Part shown: positions 9,956-20,509 of the stretch, one piece after another
Position numbering within the stretch: position 1 is the stretch's first letter
How the letters are laid out: each line of letters begins with the position of its first letter
DNA from: Sandaracinaceae bacterium
GTDB lineage: Bacteria; Myxococcota_A; Polyangia; Polyangiales; Sandaracinaceae
Assembly (NCBI GenBank): GCA_044220955.1
Contig: JBGAQA010000011.1
Coordinates: 1-64,000, forward strand
Reading direction: 5' to 3'
Length of the DNA stretch: 64,000 nucleotides
Notes under the pieces: model-generated
Told to the model about the DNA's origin: nothing
Database searches by the model: none
Seen by the model: the letters and a program-made list of their open reading frames with translations, nothing else
Position numbers and translations under genes: made by a program

Positions 9956-10611
9956 GGCGTCCGGCGACGCTCGTGCTCGCGCTCGCGCTCGCCGCGGCCG
10001 CGCTCGCCTCGAGCGGCTGCCGCCGACGAGCCGCCGTCGGGCGCACGGTGCCGCGCACGCTCCACGGCATCGCGCAGGTCTCGGCCCAGGAGATGGGCTG
10101 TGACGACATCTCGGACGTGCTGCACGTGATCCCCGGGGTCGTGCAGGTGCGTGGCTGTGGCCAGCGGCGCGAGTATCGCGTCGTGGGCGGCCGCGGGCGC
10201 CCGACGTCGATCACCGACGTGGCCTCCCGCGCGTCCGCCGAGCTCGCCTGCGAGCGCGTGGCGATCGTCGTCGAGTCTCCCGCGCCGGCGGTCCGGGCGG
10301 TCCGCGGCTGCGGACGGCGCGCGCGCTACGACCTCGTCTGCACCCGCGACGAGTGCAGCTGGCAGATGACGGCGCACACCGGCGACTGGCCGGGGCTCGA
10401 GGCCGCGGTGCCGAGCGCCGCCCAGGTCTCCTGGGAGCTGCCCGAAGAGGTCCGAGGTCGCGCGCTGACGAGCGGGCCCTCGGCCTCGTCGACGCCTTCG
10501 TCGACGGATCTCTCGACCGTCGCGCTCCCCCCGGCTCCGGGCGCCGGGTCGCCGCCGGAGGGCTCCCTCACGGGCGATCTGGACGCGGCGGTCGTGCCTC
10601 CGCCTCCGTGA
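9952..10611 (+). CDS. Hypothetical lipoprotein with duplicated Cys motif
   Basis: GTGA overlap; ASSGC lipobox; two copies of S(A)xE(M/L)xC...VRGCGxRxxY; Pro-rich tail. Confidence 0.65.
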   Translation: MRRPATLVLALALAAAALASSGCRRRAAVGRTVPRTLHGIAQVSAQEMGCDDISDVLHVIPGVVQVRGCGQRREYRVVGGRGRPTSITDVASRASAELACERVAIVVESPAPAVRAVRGCGRRARYDLVCTRDECSWQMTAHTGDWPGLEAAVPSAAQVSWELPEEVRGRALTSGPSASSTPSSTDLSTVALPPAPGAGSPPEGSLTGDLDAAVVPPPP

Positions 10612-11494
10612 GCGACCAGAGCCACGCGGCCCCACGCACGCCGCTCGAGTCGCCGTGCATCGGCGGCACGAGCCGCGTGGTCACGCGATCGCTGAACACC
10701 CAGCGGCCCCAGCGTCTCGGCACCTCCTCGTAGAGCGCGGCCACGTTCGAGACGCCACCGCCCAGCACGATCACGTGCGGGTCGAGCACGTCGATGACCG
10801 CGGCGAGCCCGCGCGCCATGCGGTCGCACAGGCGCGTGATCGTCTCGACGCAGGCGGCGTCTCGCCGCGCCGCGATCTCGCCCGTGGTGAGGCGCTCACC
10901 CGTGCGCCGCTCGTGGTCCTGGGCCACGCCCGGCCCGCTGAGCCACGTCTCGAGACAGCCACGCTTGCCGCAGTAGCAGGCGGGGCCGGGCAGCTCGTCG
11001 GGCGCGGCCCAGGGGAGCGGCACGTGGCCCCACTCACCCGCGATCGCGTGGCGGCCCGTGAGCACGTGCCCGCGCACCACGATGCCGGCGCCACAGCCCG
11101 TGCCCACGATCACCCCCAGCACGATCTCGGCCCCGGCCGCCGCGCCGTCGCTGGCCTCCGAGAGCGCGAAGCAGTTCGCGTCGTTCGCGATGCGCACCGG
11201 ACGGCCCAGCGCGTGCGCGAGGTCGCGATCGAGCGGCCGCCCGTTGAGCATCACGGTGTTGGAGCCACGCAAGAGGCCCGTGTCGGGCGAGAGGGAGCCG
11301 GGCGTGCCGACGCCGACGGTGCAGCGTCGCCCGAGGCCTGCCTCGAGCTCCGCGACGAGGCGCGAGACCGCGTCGAGCACGGCTTCGTAGCTCTCGCGTG
11401 GCGTCTCGACGCGCTCCCGCCGCGCGATGGCTCCATCGCTCGCGAGCACGACGCCCTCGATCTTCGTGCCGCCGAGATCGATCCCGATCCGCAC
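10568..11494 (-). CDS. mak: ROK-family sugar kinase (fructokinase/mannokinase-like)
   Basis: IGIDLGGTKIE, ANDANCFALSEA, GTGCGAG, GEWGH, CYCGKRGCLE, HGDSSGVRGAAWL. Confidence 0.88.
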   Translation of the reverse strand: MRIGIDLGGTKIEGVVLASDGAIARRERVETPRESYEAVLDAVSRLVAELEAGLGRRCTVGVGTPGSLSPDTGLLRGSNTVMLNGRPLDRDLAHALGRPVRIANDANCFALSEASDGAAAGAEIVLGVIVGTGCGAGIVVRGHVLTGRHAIAGEWGHVPLPWAAPDELPGPACYCGKRGCLETWLSGPGVAQDHERRTGERLTTGEIAARRDAACVETITRLCDRMARGLAAVIDVLDPHVIVLGGGVSNVAALYEEVPRRWGRWVFSDRVTTRLVPPMHGDSSGVRGAAWLWSLTEAEARPPRPDRP

Positions 11495-11504
11495 GACCCG
11501 CGGG

Positions 11505-12284
11505 CTACTTCTTCTCGTCGAGCTCGTCGGCGAGGTAGCTCAGGATCACCTCGTCGAGCGACTTGTCGCTCAGGAGATCCTGTCCGAAGAGCGAGTCGCT
11601 GCGCGGCTTCGGCGGCTCCTTCGAGGGCTGCGAGCTGCGTGCCGCCACGGGCGCCGTCGCGGCGTACCTCCCCGACGTCCGGCTCGACGCGCCGCTTCCG
11701 GGGCCGGCGCTGCTGCCGAGCGATGCGCCGCCGGCCGGTCTCGGGAAGGTCGCCGAGGACGAGCGCGCCGCGGGCGCCGAGGGCGCGACGCCGGGGCTCG
11801 AGTCCAGGCCCACGCCGGTGATCCCCGCGGGCGGCGAGGGTGCGGCGGGGACCTTGTCCTCGAAGCCGCCGCCATCGAGCGCCGCCGCAGCGCGCTCGAG
11901 CGCGTCGATGTCGAGGGCCGCCGAGGCGGCGTCCTTGCCGGGGGGGGGCTGACCCGCGGCCGCGGGCTCGTCCTCGATCGTGATCTCGCGGGCCGCGAAT
12001 TCGCGCGCGCCCGCCATCTCGTCCTCGTCGAAGAGACCGTCGCGCAGCGCGATGAACATCGCCTTGTGCTGCGCCTGCATCAGCTTCTTCACCACGGCGG
12101 GGAACCGATCCGTGCCGAGGTGCTGCTGGTAGCTGGTCTTCTTCGTCGCGATGATGCGGCCACCGTCGGCGAACAGATGCGTGAAGATGTGCGCGTGCTG
12201 CACGCCCGAGTCTTCCGTCTGGATGTGGAAGACCTTGCCGTGGTGGCGGACGTTGTTGTTGTAGCCGAGCAGCGGAGAGGGCAT
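11505..12284 (-). CDS. Hypothetical cytoplasmic protein (globular N-domain, low-complexity linker, acidic C-terminal helix)
   Basis: GYNNNVRHHGKVFHIQTEDSG...HLFADGG; C-terminal SDKSLDEVILSYLADEL; biased codon usage. Confidence 0.8.
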   Translation of the reverse strand: MPSPLLGYNNNVRHHGKVFHIQTEDSGVQHAHIFTHLFADGGRIIATKKTSYQQHLGTDRFPAVVKKLMQAQHKAMFIALRDGLFDEDEMAGAREFAAREITIEDEPAAAGQPPPGKDAASAALDIDALERAAAALDGGGFEDKVPAAPSPPAGITGVGLDSSPGVAPSAPAARSSSATFPRPAGGASLGSSAGPGSGASSRTSGRYAATAPVAARSSQPSKEPPKPRSDSLFGQDLLSDKSLDEVILSYLADELDEKK

Positions 12285-12376
12285 CGAGCGAGATCTCGAC
12301 ACTACCATCCTCCGGGCGATTCTTTGAGCGGGTTTGGCGCCTGCCTTCCGCTACGGCTGTCCTCGTGGCCGACGCT

Positions 12377-13429
<1,053 letters not shown>

Positions 13430-13454
13430 GCGCGGCGAGTCTACACTCCCGTCG

Positions 13455-14945
13455 GTGGCGCAGACGAAGGGGCTGTTTCGAGCGTACGCGTCGGCGCTCC
13501 GCGAGGAGCCGCTGCTGCGCGCGTACCTGCTCGGCGCGGTCGTCGACGACGTCGGCGTGGCCGTCTCCACCTGGGCGCTCGATCTGCTGCGCACGGACCT
13601 CTTCACCGATCAGCGCGCGCGCGCGACGTTGATGCTCCCGACGCTGGTCTGCTTCCTGGCGGGGTGCGTGCTCGCGGGCCCGCTCGCGGACTGGGCCCGC
13701 CACGGCTCGCGCGAGAGCCTCGCGCGCTGGCGCTGGCGCCTGATCGCGTGGGGTCGCGTGATCGAGACGGTGGCGCTCTCGGTCGCGGTCCTGAGCATCG
13801 CGTCGGGAGGGCTCTCCATCGGTCGGCTGCTTCCCTACTTCATGGTGTCGTCGTTCATGCGCACGGCGCTCCGGCCGACGCGCTCGGCGTTCGAGGTCGA
13901 TCTGCTCCGCGAGGAGCGCGTGCAGACCGATGCCGCGGGCGAGCCGCTCCGCGACGAGCTGGACGCGCCGCGCAAGTACAAGGTGCACCTGCTCTCGTTC
14001 GGCGCGATGACGTCGCTCCTGCGCACGACCGCGACCTTCGTCGGACTGCTCGCCGGCGGGCAGATCCTCGAGGCGGTCCACCAGAGCTACGTCCCCCTCT
14101 TCGCATTCGACATCGGGACGAACCTCTGCTTCGTCGCGGTGCTCGTCTGGCTCTGCCATCCGGAGCGGGGCGCGCGCCCGATCGCGGCCCGTGAGCTCGT
14201 GGTCGACCCGGAGTCGGGGGCCGCGGGCACCGTGCGCGGCCAGGCGAGCGCGACCGGGCGCTCGATCGCGCTCGTCGCCCTCCGCGAATTCGGCGCGAGC
14301 CTGCGGCAAGCGTGGGACTTCCTGCGACGGCCCGAGCAGCGCCCGCTCGCGTGGTTCCTGTTCGGCGCGTGGATGATCGAGGTGATCGCCGAGTTCTACG
14401 ACGGCCGGATGATCGTCCGACACTCGCTCGAGGGCAGCGCCGACGCGGTGCGCTACGCCGAGATCGCGTGGTCGGTCGCCACGATGCTGGTGCTCGCGCT
14501 GCTGCCCGCCCTCGCCCGGCGCGTCGGCAGCCTCGGCAAGATCTTCCTGATCACCATGTTCCTCGACGGGCTCGCGATCACGGCCGCAGGGCACCTCGCG
14601 GGCGTCGGGTCGAGCGTCGCGATCGTCCCCTTCGTGTCGGTGATCGCGCTCGACCGCGGGCTCACGTCGGCGAGCTCGACCCTCGCGGAGCTCGCGCAGA
14701 ACAGCGCGTCGAGCGCCGCCATCCGCGGGCGCATCGCCGCCGCGTGGGCGTTCGTCGTGATCCTCTCCGACATCTTCGCCGAGGGCGCCGCGACGGCGCT
14801 CTCCGAGGCGGTGGGCCTCCCCGGCATGCTGCTCCGCATCGGGGCGGCGCAGGTGCTCGCGATGCTCGTCGTCGCCCTGCTGGGCGGCCGGCGCCTCTGG
14901 TCGTTCGGGCTGCGGACCGCGCAGACGTCGGCCTCGCCTCCCTGA
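13455..14945 (+). CDS. MFS-type transporter
   Basis: About 12 hydrophobic segments in two halves; LAGPLAD motif; IRGRIAA in C-terminal half. Confidence 0.7.
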   Translation: MAQTKGLFRAYASALREEPLLRAYLLGAVVDDVGVAVSTWALDLLRTDLFTDQRARATLMLPTLVCFLAGCVLAGPLADWARHGSRESLARWRWRLIAWGRVIETVALSVAVLSIASGGLSIGRLLPYFMVSSFMRTALRPTRSAFEVDLLREERVQTDAAGEPLRDELDAPRKYKVHLLSFGAMTSLLRTTATFVGLLAGGQILEAVHQSYVPLFAFDIGTNLCFVAVLVWLCHPERGARPIAARELVVDPESGAAGTVRGQASATGRSIALVALREFGASLRQAWDFLRRPEQRPLAWFLFGAWMIEVIAEFYDGRMIVRHSLEGSADAVRYAEIAWSVATMLVLALLPALARRVGSLGKIFLITMFLDGLAITAAGHLAGVGSSVAIVPFVSVIALDRGLTSASSTLAELAQNSASSAAIRGRIAAAWAFVVILSDIFAEGAATALSEAVGLPGMLLRIGAAQVLAMLVVALLGGRRLWSFGLRTAQTSASPP

Positions 14946-14957
14946 CGAGGTCAGAGG

Positions 14958-15136
14958 CTGTGCCGAAATCGATTTCGAGCCCCGGGCACGGGCCGGCGGC
15001 CGCGCGCGACGAGCGGTGTGCCTCGCGAGGCGAGCGGTAGCGAGCCGAGTCGGAGCAGGGTGGGGCCCCTACCGACGAGGCCTATGGCCAATTGGCTATG
15101 GGCCGTGTCGTCGACCGATTGACTCGGCACGGGGCG
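14958..15136 (+). repeat. Structured intergenic repeat (REP/MITE-like), copy 1
   Basis: 34-nt identity (14997-15030) with 32477-32510; 3' part matches reverse complement of 51850-51886; terminal inverted arms gtgccga-aatcg / cgatt-gac-tcggcac. Confidence 0.8.
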
Positions 15137-15160
15137 GGGCGGGCATCCGCCCCGGGAACC

Positions 15161-15721
15161 TCAGCGCTTGGGCGGGCGCGAGACCGTCCCGGGCGACGTC
15201 GGGCGCTCGGAGTCGACGGACGGGGACGCGGGCCGAGGTGGCGGCTGCGAGGGGCGCGTCATCGGCGGCGGCCGCTCGCTGGAGCGGGCCGGCATCGTGC
15301 CGAAGAGCGCGGCGCGGCGGGTCGCGGCGTCGACGGGTGGTGGCCGCGACGAGCCCTGATCGTAGGGCGTCTTCACCATCGAGCCGCGCGTGAGCCATCG
15401 GTGCGCGTCGCTCGAGCCGGCGAAGCCACGCACGCGCGCGCTCGAGGCGAGCGCCGCCATGTTCACCTCCGCCACGAAGAGCTCGTCGAGCGTGATCATC
15501 GCCGACGCGCTCGCGTGCGGCGCGCGCGCCCAGGCGAGGATGGCATCCCGTGCGTCGCGCGTGATCGTCGCGTCTCGCAGGTCCAGCATCAGGCGCATCG
15601 TCTCGTGCAGGCGCGCCTGGCTCGCGGCCGCTTCGCGGAGCGAGGCGGCCTCGACGGGACCGACGTCGCCCTCGACGACGACCAGCGCGTACGCAGGGCG
15701 CGACTCGAACGTCAGCTTCAT
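15161..15721 (-). CDS. STAS/SpoIIAA-like domain protein with Pro/Ser-rich tail
   Basis: MKLTFESRPAYALVVVEGDVG...RLMLDLRDA...F....AHRWL pattern. Confidence 0.55.
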   Translation of the reverse strand: MKLTFESRPAYALVVVEGDVGPVEAASLREAAASQARLHETMRLMLDLRDATITRDARDAILAWARAPHASASAMITLDELFVAEVNMAALASSARVRGFAGSSDAHRWLTRGSMVKTPYDQGSSRPPPVDAATRRAALFGTMPARSSERPPPMTRPSQPPPRPASPSVDSERPTSPGTVSRPPKR

Positions 15722-15756
15722 GGGGTCCCTGCGGCGAGTGTCTCTTGGGCCGCGCC

Positions 15757-16473
15757 TCAGAACAAGCGGCGAACGCGCTCCGCGGTGCGGCGCACGCGCA
15801 GATCCACGAGATCGCGCGCGACCCCTCCGATGCGGTGCCACTGCGTGCTCTTGCTCTGGCCCGCGCGGCGCGGGCGACAGCGGATGGTCACCCGGCTCGT
15901 CTTCACGCGCGCGGCGAGCATGCGGATCGGGAACTCGAAGTTGAGGAAGAACGTGTCCGGCGGGAGGCGATCGGGGTCGAAGCGCGAGCGGCGGAAGAGA
16001 TAGGGCCCGTCGCTGCGCATCCGGACGCCGTGCACCGCGAAGATGAGCGCGCGCACGCCCGCCGAGAACACCTTGCGGTCGATCCCGTCGTTGCGGTGGT
16101 CGTACACGCTGAAGACGACCTCGGCCCCGCTGCGGCGCTGCTCCGCGCGCAGCGTGCCGATGGCGGCGGGCTCGATCTGTCCGTCGGCCGGGAGGAACGT
16201 GACCCAGGTGCCACGCGCGACGCGGACGCCGCTCTTGAGCGCCGCGCCGATGCCTCGGTTGGTCTCGTGGCGGACGATCTGGTGGGGCCGGCCGGCGAGG
16301 GCGCGCGCGGCGGCGCCGCGGGTTCCGTCCCGCGACCCGTCGTCGACGAGCACGACCTCGGCGTCCGGCTCGTGCGCGTCGAGCCACGCGCAGAGCTCGC
16401 CGAGCACGGGTCCGATGTTGTCCTCCTCGTCGAACGCGAAGACGACGATCGACAGGTCCGCGCCCTCGCTCAT
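15757..16473 (-). CDS. Glycosyltransferase family 2
   Basis: [42 protein letters not shown]. Confidence 0.9.
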   Translation of the reverse strand: MSEGADLSIVVFAFDEEDNIGPVLGELCAWLDAHEPDAEVVLVDDGSRDGTRGAAARALAGRPHQIVRHETNRGIGAALKSGVRVARGTWVTFLPADGQIEPAAIGTLRAEQRRSGAEVVFSVYDHRNDGIDRKVFSAGVRALIFAVHGVRMRSDGPYLFRRSRFDPDRLPPDTFFLNFEFPIRMLAARVKTSRVTIRCRPRRAGQSKSTQWHRIGGVARDLVDLRVRRTAERVRRLF

Positions 16474-17006
16474 GGCCGCTCGCGGATCACGCGCGCAGGG
16501 ACCCCCGCGACCACGGCATAGGGCGGCACGTCCTTCGTCACGACCGCGCCGGCGCCGACCTGGGCGCCGCGCCCCACGCGCACGCCGGGGAGCACGATGC
16601 ACCCGACGCCGAGGTCCGCGTCGTCCTCGATCACGACCGGGGCGAGCGCGACCGCGGCGTGCAGGATCGGGACACCGCGGCCCTCTTCTCGGTGCACCGA
16701 GGTGAGGATCCGGACCGCCGGCGCGATGCCGACGTTGCGCCCGATCTCGAGCCCTCCTGCGGCGTGGAAGAAGCACTGCTGCCCGATCCACGTTCCGTCG
16801 CCGACGCGGAGCTCGTTCTTGTAGTAGCCCTTCAGCATCGCCTGGTGCCCGACGTAGACGTGCCTGCCGAGGTGCACGTTCTCCGGGTGGAACACGAGGC
16901 AGCCCTCCTCGAAGACGCACCCCTCGCCGCACGAGGCGAGATCCTCGGGGCGGAACCGGCCGCTGCCGTGGGAGCGAGGGGGCCTCTCGGGGGTGCCGTC
17001 GGACAT
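16470..17006 (-). CDS. Hexapeptide-repeat (LbH) acyltransferase
   Basis: [51 protein letters not shown]. Confidence 0.92.
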   Translation of the reverse strand: MSDGTPERPPRSHGSGRFRPEDLASCGEGCVFEEGCLVFHPENVHLGRHVYVGHQAMLKGYYKNELRVGDGTWIGQQCFFHAAGGLEIGRNVGIAPAVRILTSVHREEGRGVPILHAAVALAPVVIEDDADLGVGCIVLPGVRVGRGAQVGAGAVVTKDVPPYAVVAGVPARVIRERP

Positions 17007-17069
17007 CGGGCGTGCATCCTACGACAGCCACCCGCGAGGATCGCGTGGGTGTATCCTCGGCCCCGCGAA

Positions 17070-20000
17070 ATGCGCGAATCGCGGGAGCACTTCGACGGGC
17101 TCGCTCGGCTCCATCGCACGGACGACAAGGACGAGCGGCGCGCGATCTTCCGCGCGAGCTTCGCGAACCTGGGCGCCGCGGCGAGCGAGTACCGGCCCGT
17201 GCCCCTCGAGGGGCTCGACCCGGCGGGGCTCCGCGACGCGACGAAGGTGGCGCTCGCCGACGGACTGATGGACGATCTCGCGTGGCTCTCGCCGGCGCAT
17301 CGCGCCGCGGCGATCTACGAGCTCGCGGCGGCGCTTCCGCCCTGCGACGAGAAGCGCGACCTCGGCCGGCGCGTGCTGGTCTCCTTGCAGGAGGGTGACG
17401 CGCAGACGTTCGTGACCGTGGCGACGCAGCTCGCGACGGGATCGCGCCGGGGTCTCAGCGGCCCGGGCATCCGCGCGCGCCTGGCGCTCGCGCTCGATCT
17501 CCCGATCGGCTCCGGCGTGCGCGCCGACGCGCTCGCGCTCGCGCTGGTCTCGCGGCCCGACCTCGCCGAGGAGTGGCTCGTGGCCCCCTCGACGGGCTCG
17601 CTGCCTTCGCGCCGCCTCTCGGCCCGGCTCCTCGAGCGGGCGGCCCGCGAGGTCGCCCGGCGCGCGGCCGACGGGGACGACAGCGTCGCGGCCGTGTTCG
17701 ACCGCCCGAACGTCCGCGCGGCCTGGGATCGCCTGCTGCGCGATCGCGAGCCGCTCGTCTGGCGGCACGTGGCCACGGCCCGCGGGCTCATCGCCGGCAT
17801 CGTCTCGCGCCTGGACGCCGAGCTCGTCGATGGGCTCAAGCCGGACCTCTCTCCCACCGAGTGGCGCCGCGCGGCGGCCTCGATCGCGAGCACCATCGCC
17901 GTCGACCCCAAGGTCGCGCGCGACCGATGCCAGAAGATCCTCGACTCCGACGTCTTCAGGAGCGATCGCGGCATCGCGTCCGCGATGATCCTCGGCCTGT
18001 CCCGCGCCGCCGAGGCCGAGCCCGACGCCGCCGAGGATCTGCTCGTCGCGCTCGTGCGCATCGGCGGGCTCGACGCGGTCGAGGCCCTCGTCGAGCTGAC
18101 CCAGGAGCGGCTCGGCAACGACTTCGGCGACTGGGCGGCGCGGCTCGCCGTCACCCGGCTCTCCGACCCCGACGTGCGCGGCAAGGAGGAGGACGACGGG
18201 CGCGACGCCCTCTGCTCCGCGCTCGAGCGCGAGCTCAAGCCGAAGGAGGAGCAGGAGGGCGACGCGACGCTGCGCGAGCTGCTCGACGACGCGCGCGACA
18301 CGTTCGCCTCCGGCAACGCCCGCGCAGCGCACGCGAAGGCCGTCGCGATCGTGGGCGTGCTCGAGAAGCACATGACCCGGCTCGAGAAGGCGCGGGAGCA
18401 CTCGCGGGAAGGCCGGCTCGAGGCGTTCCGCGTCCTGAGAGAGATCGACCTCGCGCTGCTCGAGACGTCCGCGCTCTCGGATCTGCTCCACCTCGGGGTC
18501 GAGAGCGGAAAGAAGGGGGCGGTGCCGGCGGGGCTCTCGTCGCTCGCGGGGATCTTCGACCGCCTCACGCAGTGGCTCCTGATGCGGGAGCGCGAGCCGG
18601 TCTTCCCCGGCGAGGTCGTCCACCACAAGACGCTGCGCGTGCGCCGCTTCCGGGCGCTCCTGCACTGCGTGGACGCCGACGGGACCTTCGGCGACGAGAG
18701 GGGCGGGCTCGAGCTGCGGGAGCGGCGCCTCCGGGCGGCTCGCATCCTGCTCGCGCGGACGCGGGACGACGCGCCCTCGCCCCTGAGGCGCATCGTGCAC
18801 GCGGCCGCCGCACGCTCGTGCGAGGCGCTGCTTCGCGAGGACGTCGTCGAGCTCTCCGACGTGCTCATCGCCGTCGTCTCTCATCTCTCGACGGAGATCG
18901 ACCTCGTGACGTTCGCCGAGGCATCGATGGTGCCCGAGGTCGAGAACGTGTTTCGCGCCTACGCGTCGCTCGTCGAGCGCACCGAGCGCGCCGCGCGCAT
19001 GACGGGGGCGCGGACGCGCGCGAGCATGGACGCGCTGCGCGTGCTCACCCGGAACCTCCCGGCCGCGAGCGGCCCTCGCGTCGAGGCGCTGCGCGCGACC
19101 TTGCTGCGCCTCGCCTCGGCGCTCGAGGCGATCGGGAGCGCGAGCTCCATCGCGGAGCTCGCGGGTGAGCTCGACGACGTGGGCTCGCGCTTCGCGCCGC
19201 TCGCCGACACCGTCGAGAAGCTCGCCCGCCTCGTGGACGGCGCGCGGCGGCGGCTCGGCGAGCAGCGTCCGGACGAGGCGCCCGCCTGTGCCGCGGCCCT
19301 GCGCCTGGTCGACATGGCGGCGCTGCACACGATCCGCGGCAACGCCGCCGCGTACGGCGATGCGGTCGCCGGCGCCATCGACGCGCTGCGAGAGGAGCTG
19401 CCGACCCACGTCGCCGAGGTCGCGGCGAACGTCCTCGCGACGACGGTGGGCTACCCGCAGGAGGCGCCGGTGCAGGGGCCGGAGTCGGTCGTTCCCTTGC
19501 TGAAGCGGCGCGTCGCACCGCTGCCGCCATGGCTCCCGCCGAGCCGGACGCTCGGCGGCTTCTACGTGCTCCGCGCGCTCGGCGCCGGCGCGGTCGGCTC
19601 CGTGTTCGTGGCGCGGCGCGTGGAGGAGAAGTCCGACGACAAGGCGCCCCGCTTCGCGCTCAAGGTCCCGGAGTACGGCGGCACGGCGGCGCGTACGCTG
19701 AGCGAGGCGCAGTTCCTCCAGCTCTTCCGCGACGAGGCGGGCGCGCTGCTCGCCATCCCGCAGCACAACAACCTCGCGCGCCTCGTGACCTTCGACGCGG
19801 GCGCCAAGCCCAAGCCGATCCTCGTGATGGAGCTCGTCGACGGCCCGACGCTGGAGCGCCTGATCGAGACCGGGGGCATGGACATGCCGCGCGCTCTCTC
19901 GGTGCTCGCAGGCGTCGCCGCCGGGCTCGGGGCGATGCACGACGTCGGCGTCGGGCACCTCGACCTCAAGCCCTCGAACGTCATCCTCCGCGACCCCGAC

Positions 20001-20438
20001 GGTCCGGGGCCCGCGCTCGAGACGCCCGTGCTGGTGGACTTCGGGCTCGCGGGCCGGAAGATCCGACCCGGCTGCGCCACGGCGAACTACGGCGCGCCCG
20101 AGGTCTGGGGCCTCTTGCCCAAGGGGCACGCGCCTTCGCCCGCGGCGACCGACGTGTACGCGTTCGGCTGCATGATGTACGAGACGCTCACCGGCAGGGA
20201 GCTCTTCCAGGGCGACAGCGAGGTCGGCATCCTCACCGCGCACCTCTCGCACGACGGGGATCTCCCCCAGCTCGACGCGCTCTCGCTCGACGACGAGCTG
20301 ATCGGCGTCGTGGACGGCATCCGGAGCTGTCTGCGGCAGGACCCGCGCAAGCGCGCCACGGTCGCCGACGTGCGGAAGACCATCGAGACGTCGGCCAGGG
20401 CCCTGCTCAAGCGGCGTTGGCCGCTCCAGGCCGCGTGA
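17070..20438 (+). CDS. Ser/Thr protein kinase with very long helical N-terminal region
   Basis: C-terminal LGAGAVGSV, ALK, HLDLKPSN, DFG, GAPE, DVYAFG. Confidence 0.88.
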   Translation: MRESREHFDGLARLHRTDDKDERRAIFRASFANLGAAASEYRPVPLEGLDPAGLRDATKVALADGLMDDLAWLSPAHRAAAIYELAAALPPCDEKRDLGRRVLVSLQEGDAQTFVTVATQLATGSRRGLSGPGIRARLALALDLPIGSGVRADALALALVSRPDLAEEWLVAPSTGSLPSRRLSARLLERAAREVARRAADGDDSVAAVFDRPNVRAAWDRLLRDREPLVWRHVATARGLIAGIVSRLDAELVDGLKPDLSPTEWRRAAASIASTIAVDPKVARDRCQKILDSDVFRSDRGIASAMILGLSRAAEAEPDAAEDLLVALVRIGGLDAVEALVELTQERLGNDFGDWAARLAVTRLSDPDVRGKEEDDGRDALCSALERELKPKEEQEGDATLRELLDDARDTFASGNARAAHAKAVAIVGVLEKHMTRLEKAREHSREGRLEAFRVLREIDLALLETSALSDLLHLGVESGKKGAVPAGLSSLAGIFDRLTQWLLMREREPVFPGEVVHHKTLRVRRFRALLHCVDADGTFGDERGGLELRERRLRAARILLARTRDDAPSPLRRIVHAAAARSCEALLREDVVELSDVLIAVVSHLSTEIDLVTFAEASMVPEVENVFRAYASLVERTERAARMTGARTRASMDALRVLTRNLPAASGPRVEALRATLLRLASALEAIGSASSIAELAGELDDVGSRFAPLADTVEKLARLVDGARRRLGEQRPDEAPACAAALRLVDMAALHTIRGNAAAYGDAVAGAIDALREELPTHVAEVAANVLATTVGYPQEAPVQGPESVVPLLKRRVAPLPPWLPPSRTLGGFYVLRALGAGAVGSVFVARRVEEKSDDKAPRFALKVPEYGGTAARTLSEAQFLQLFRDEAGALLAIPQHNNLARLVTFDAGAKPKPILVMELVDGPTLERLIETGGMDMPRALSVLAGVAAGLGAMHDVGVGHLDLKPSNVILRDPDGPGPALETPVLVDFGLAGRKIRPGCATANYGAPEVWGLLPKGHAPSPAATDVYAFGCMMYETLTGRELFQGDSEVGILTAHLSHDGDLPQLDALSLDDELIGVVDGIRSCLRQDPRKRATVADVRKTIETSARALLKRRWPLQAA

Positions 20439-20509
20439 GCGTGCGGGCGTTCCCCTCCTTCGGCGCGCGCCGGGCCCCGGCGGCGCCGCGTCGGCTATCC
20501 TGACGCCCG

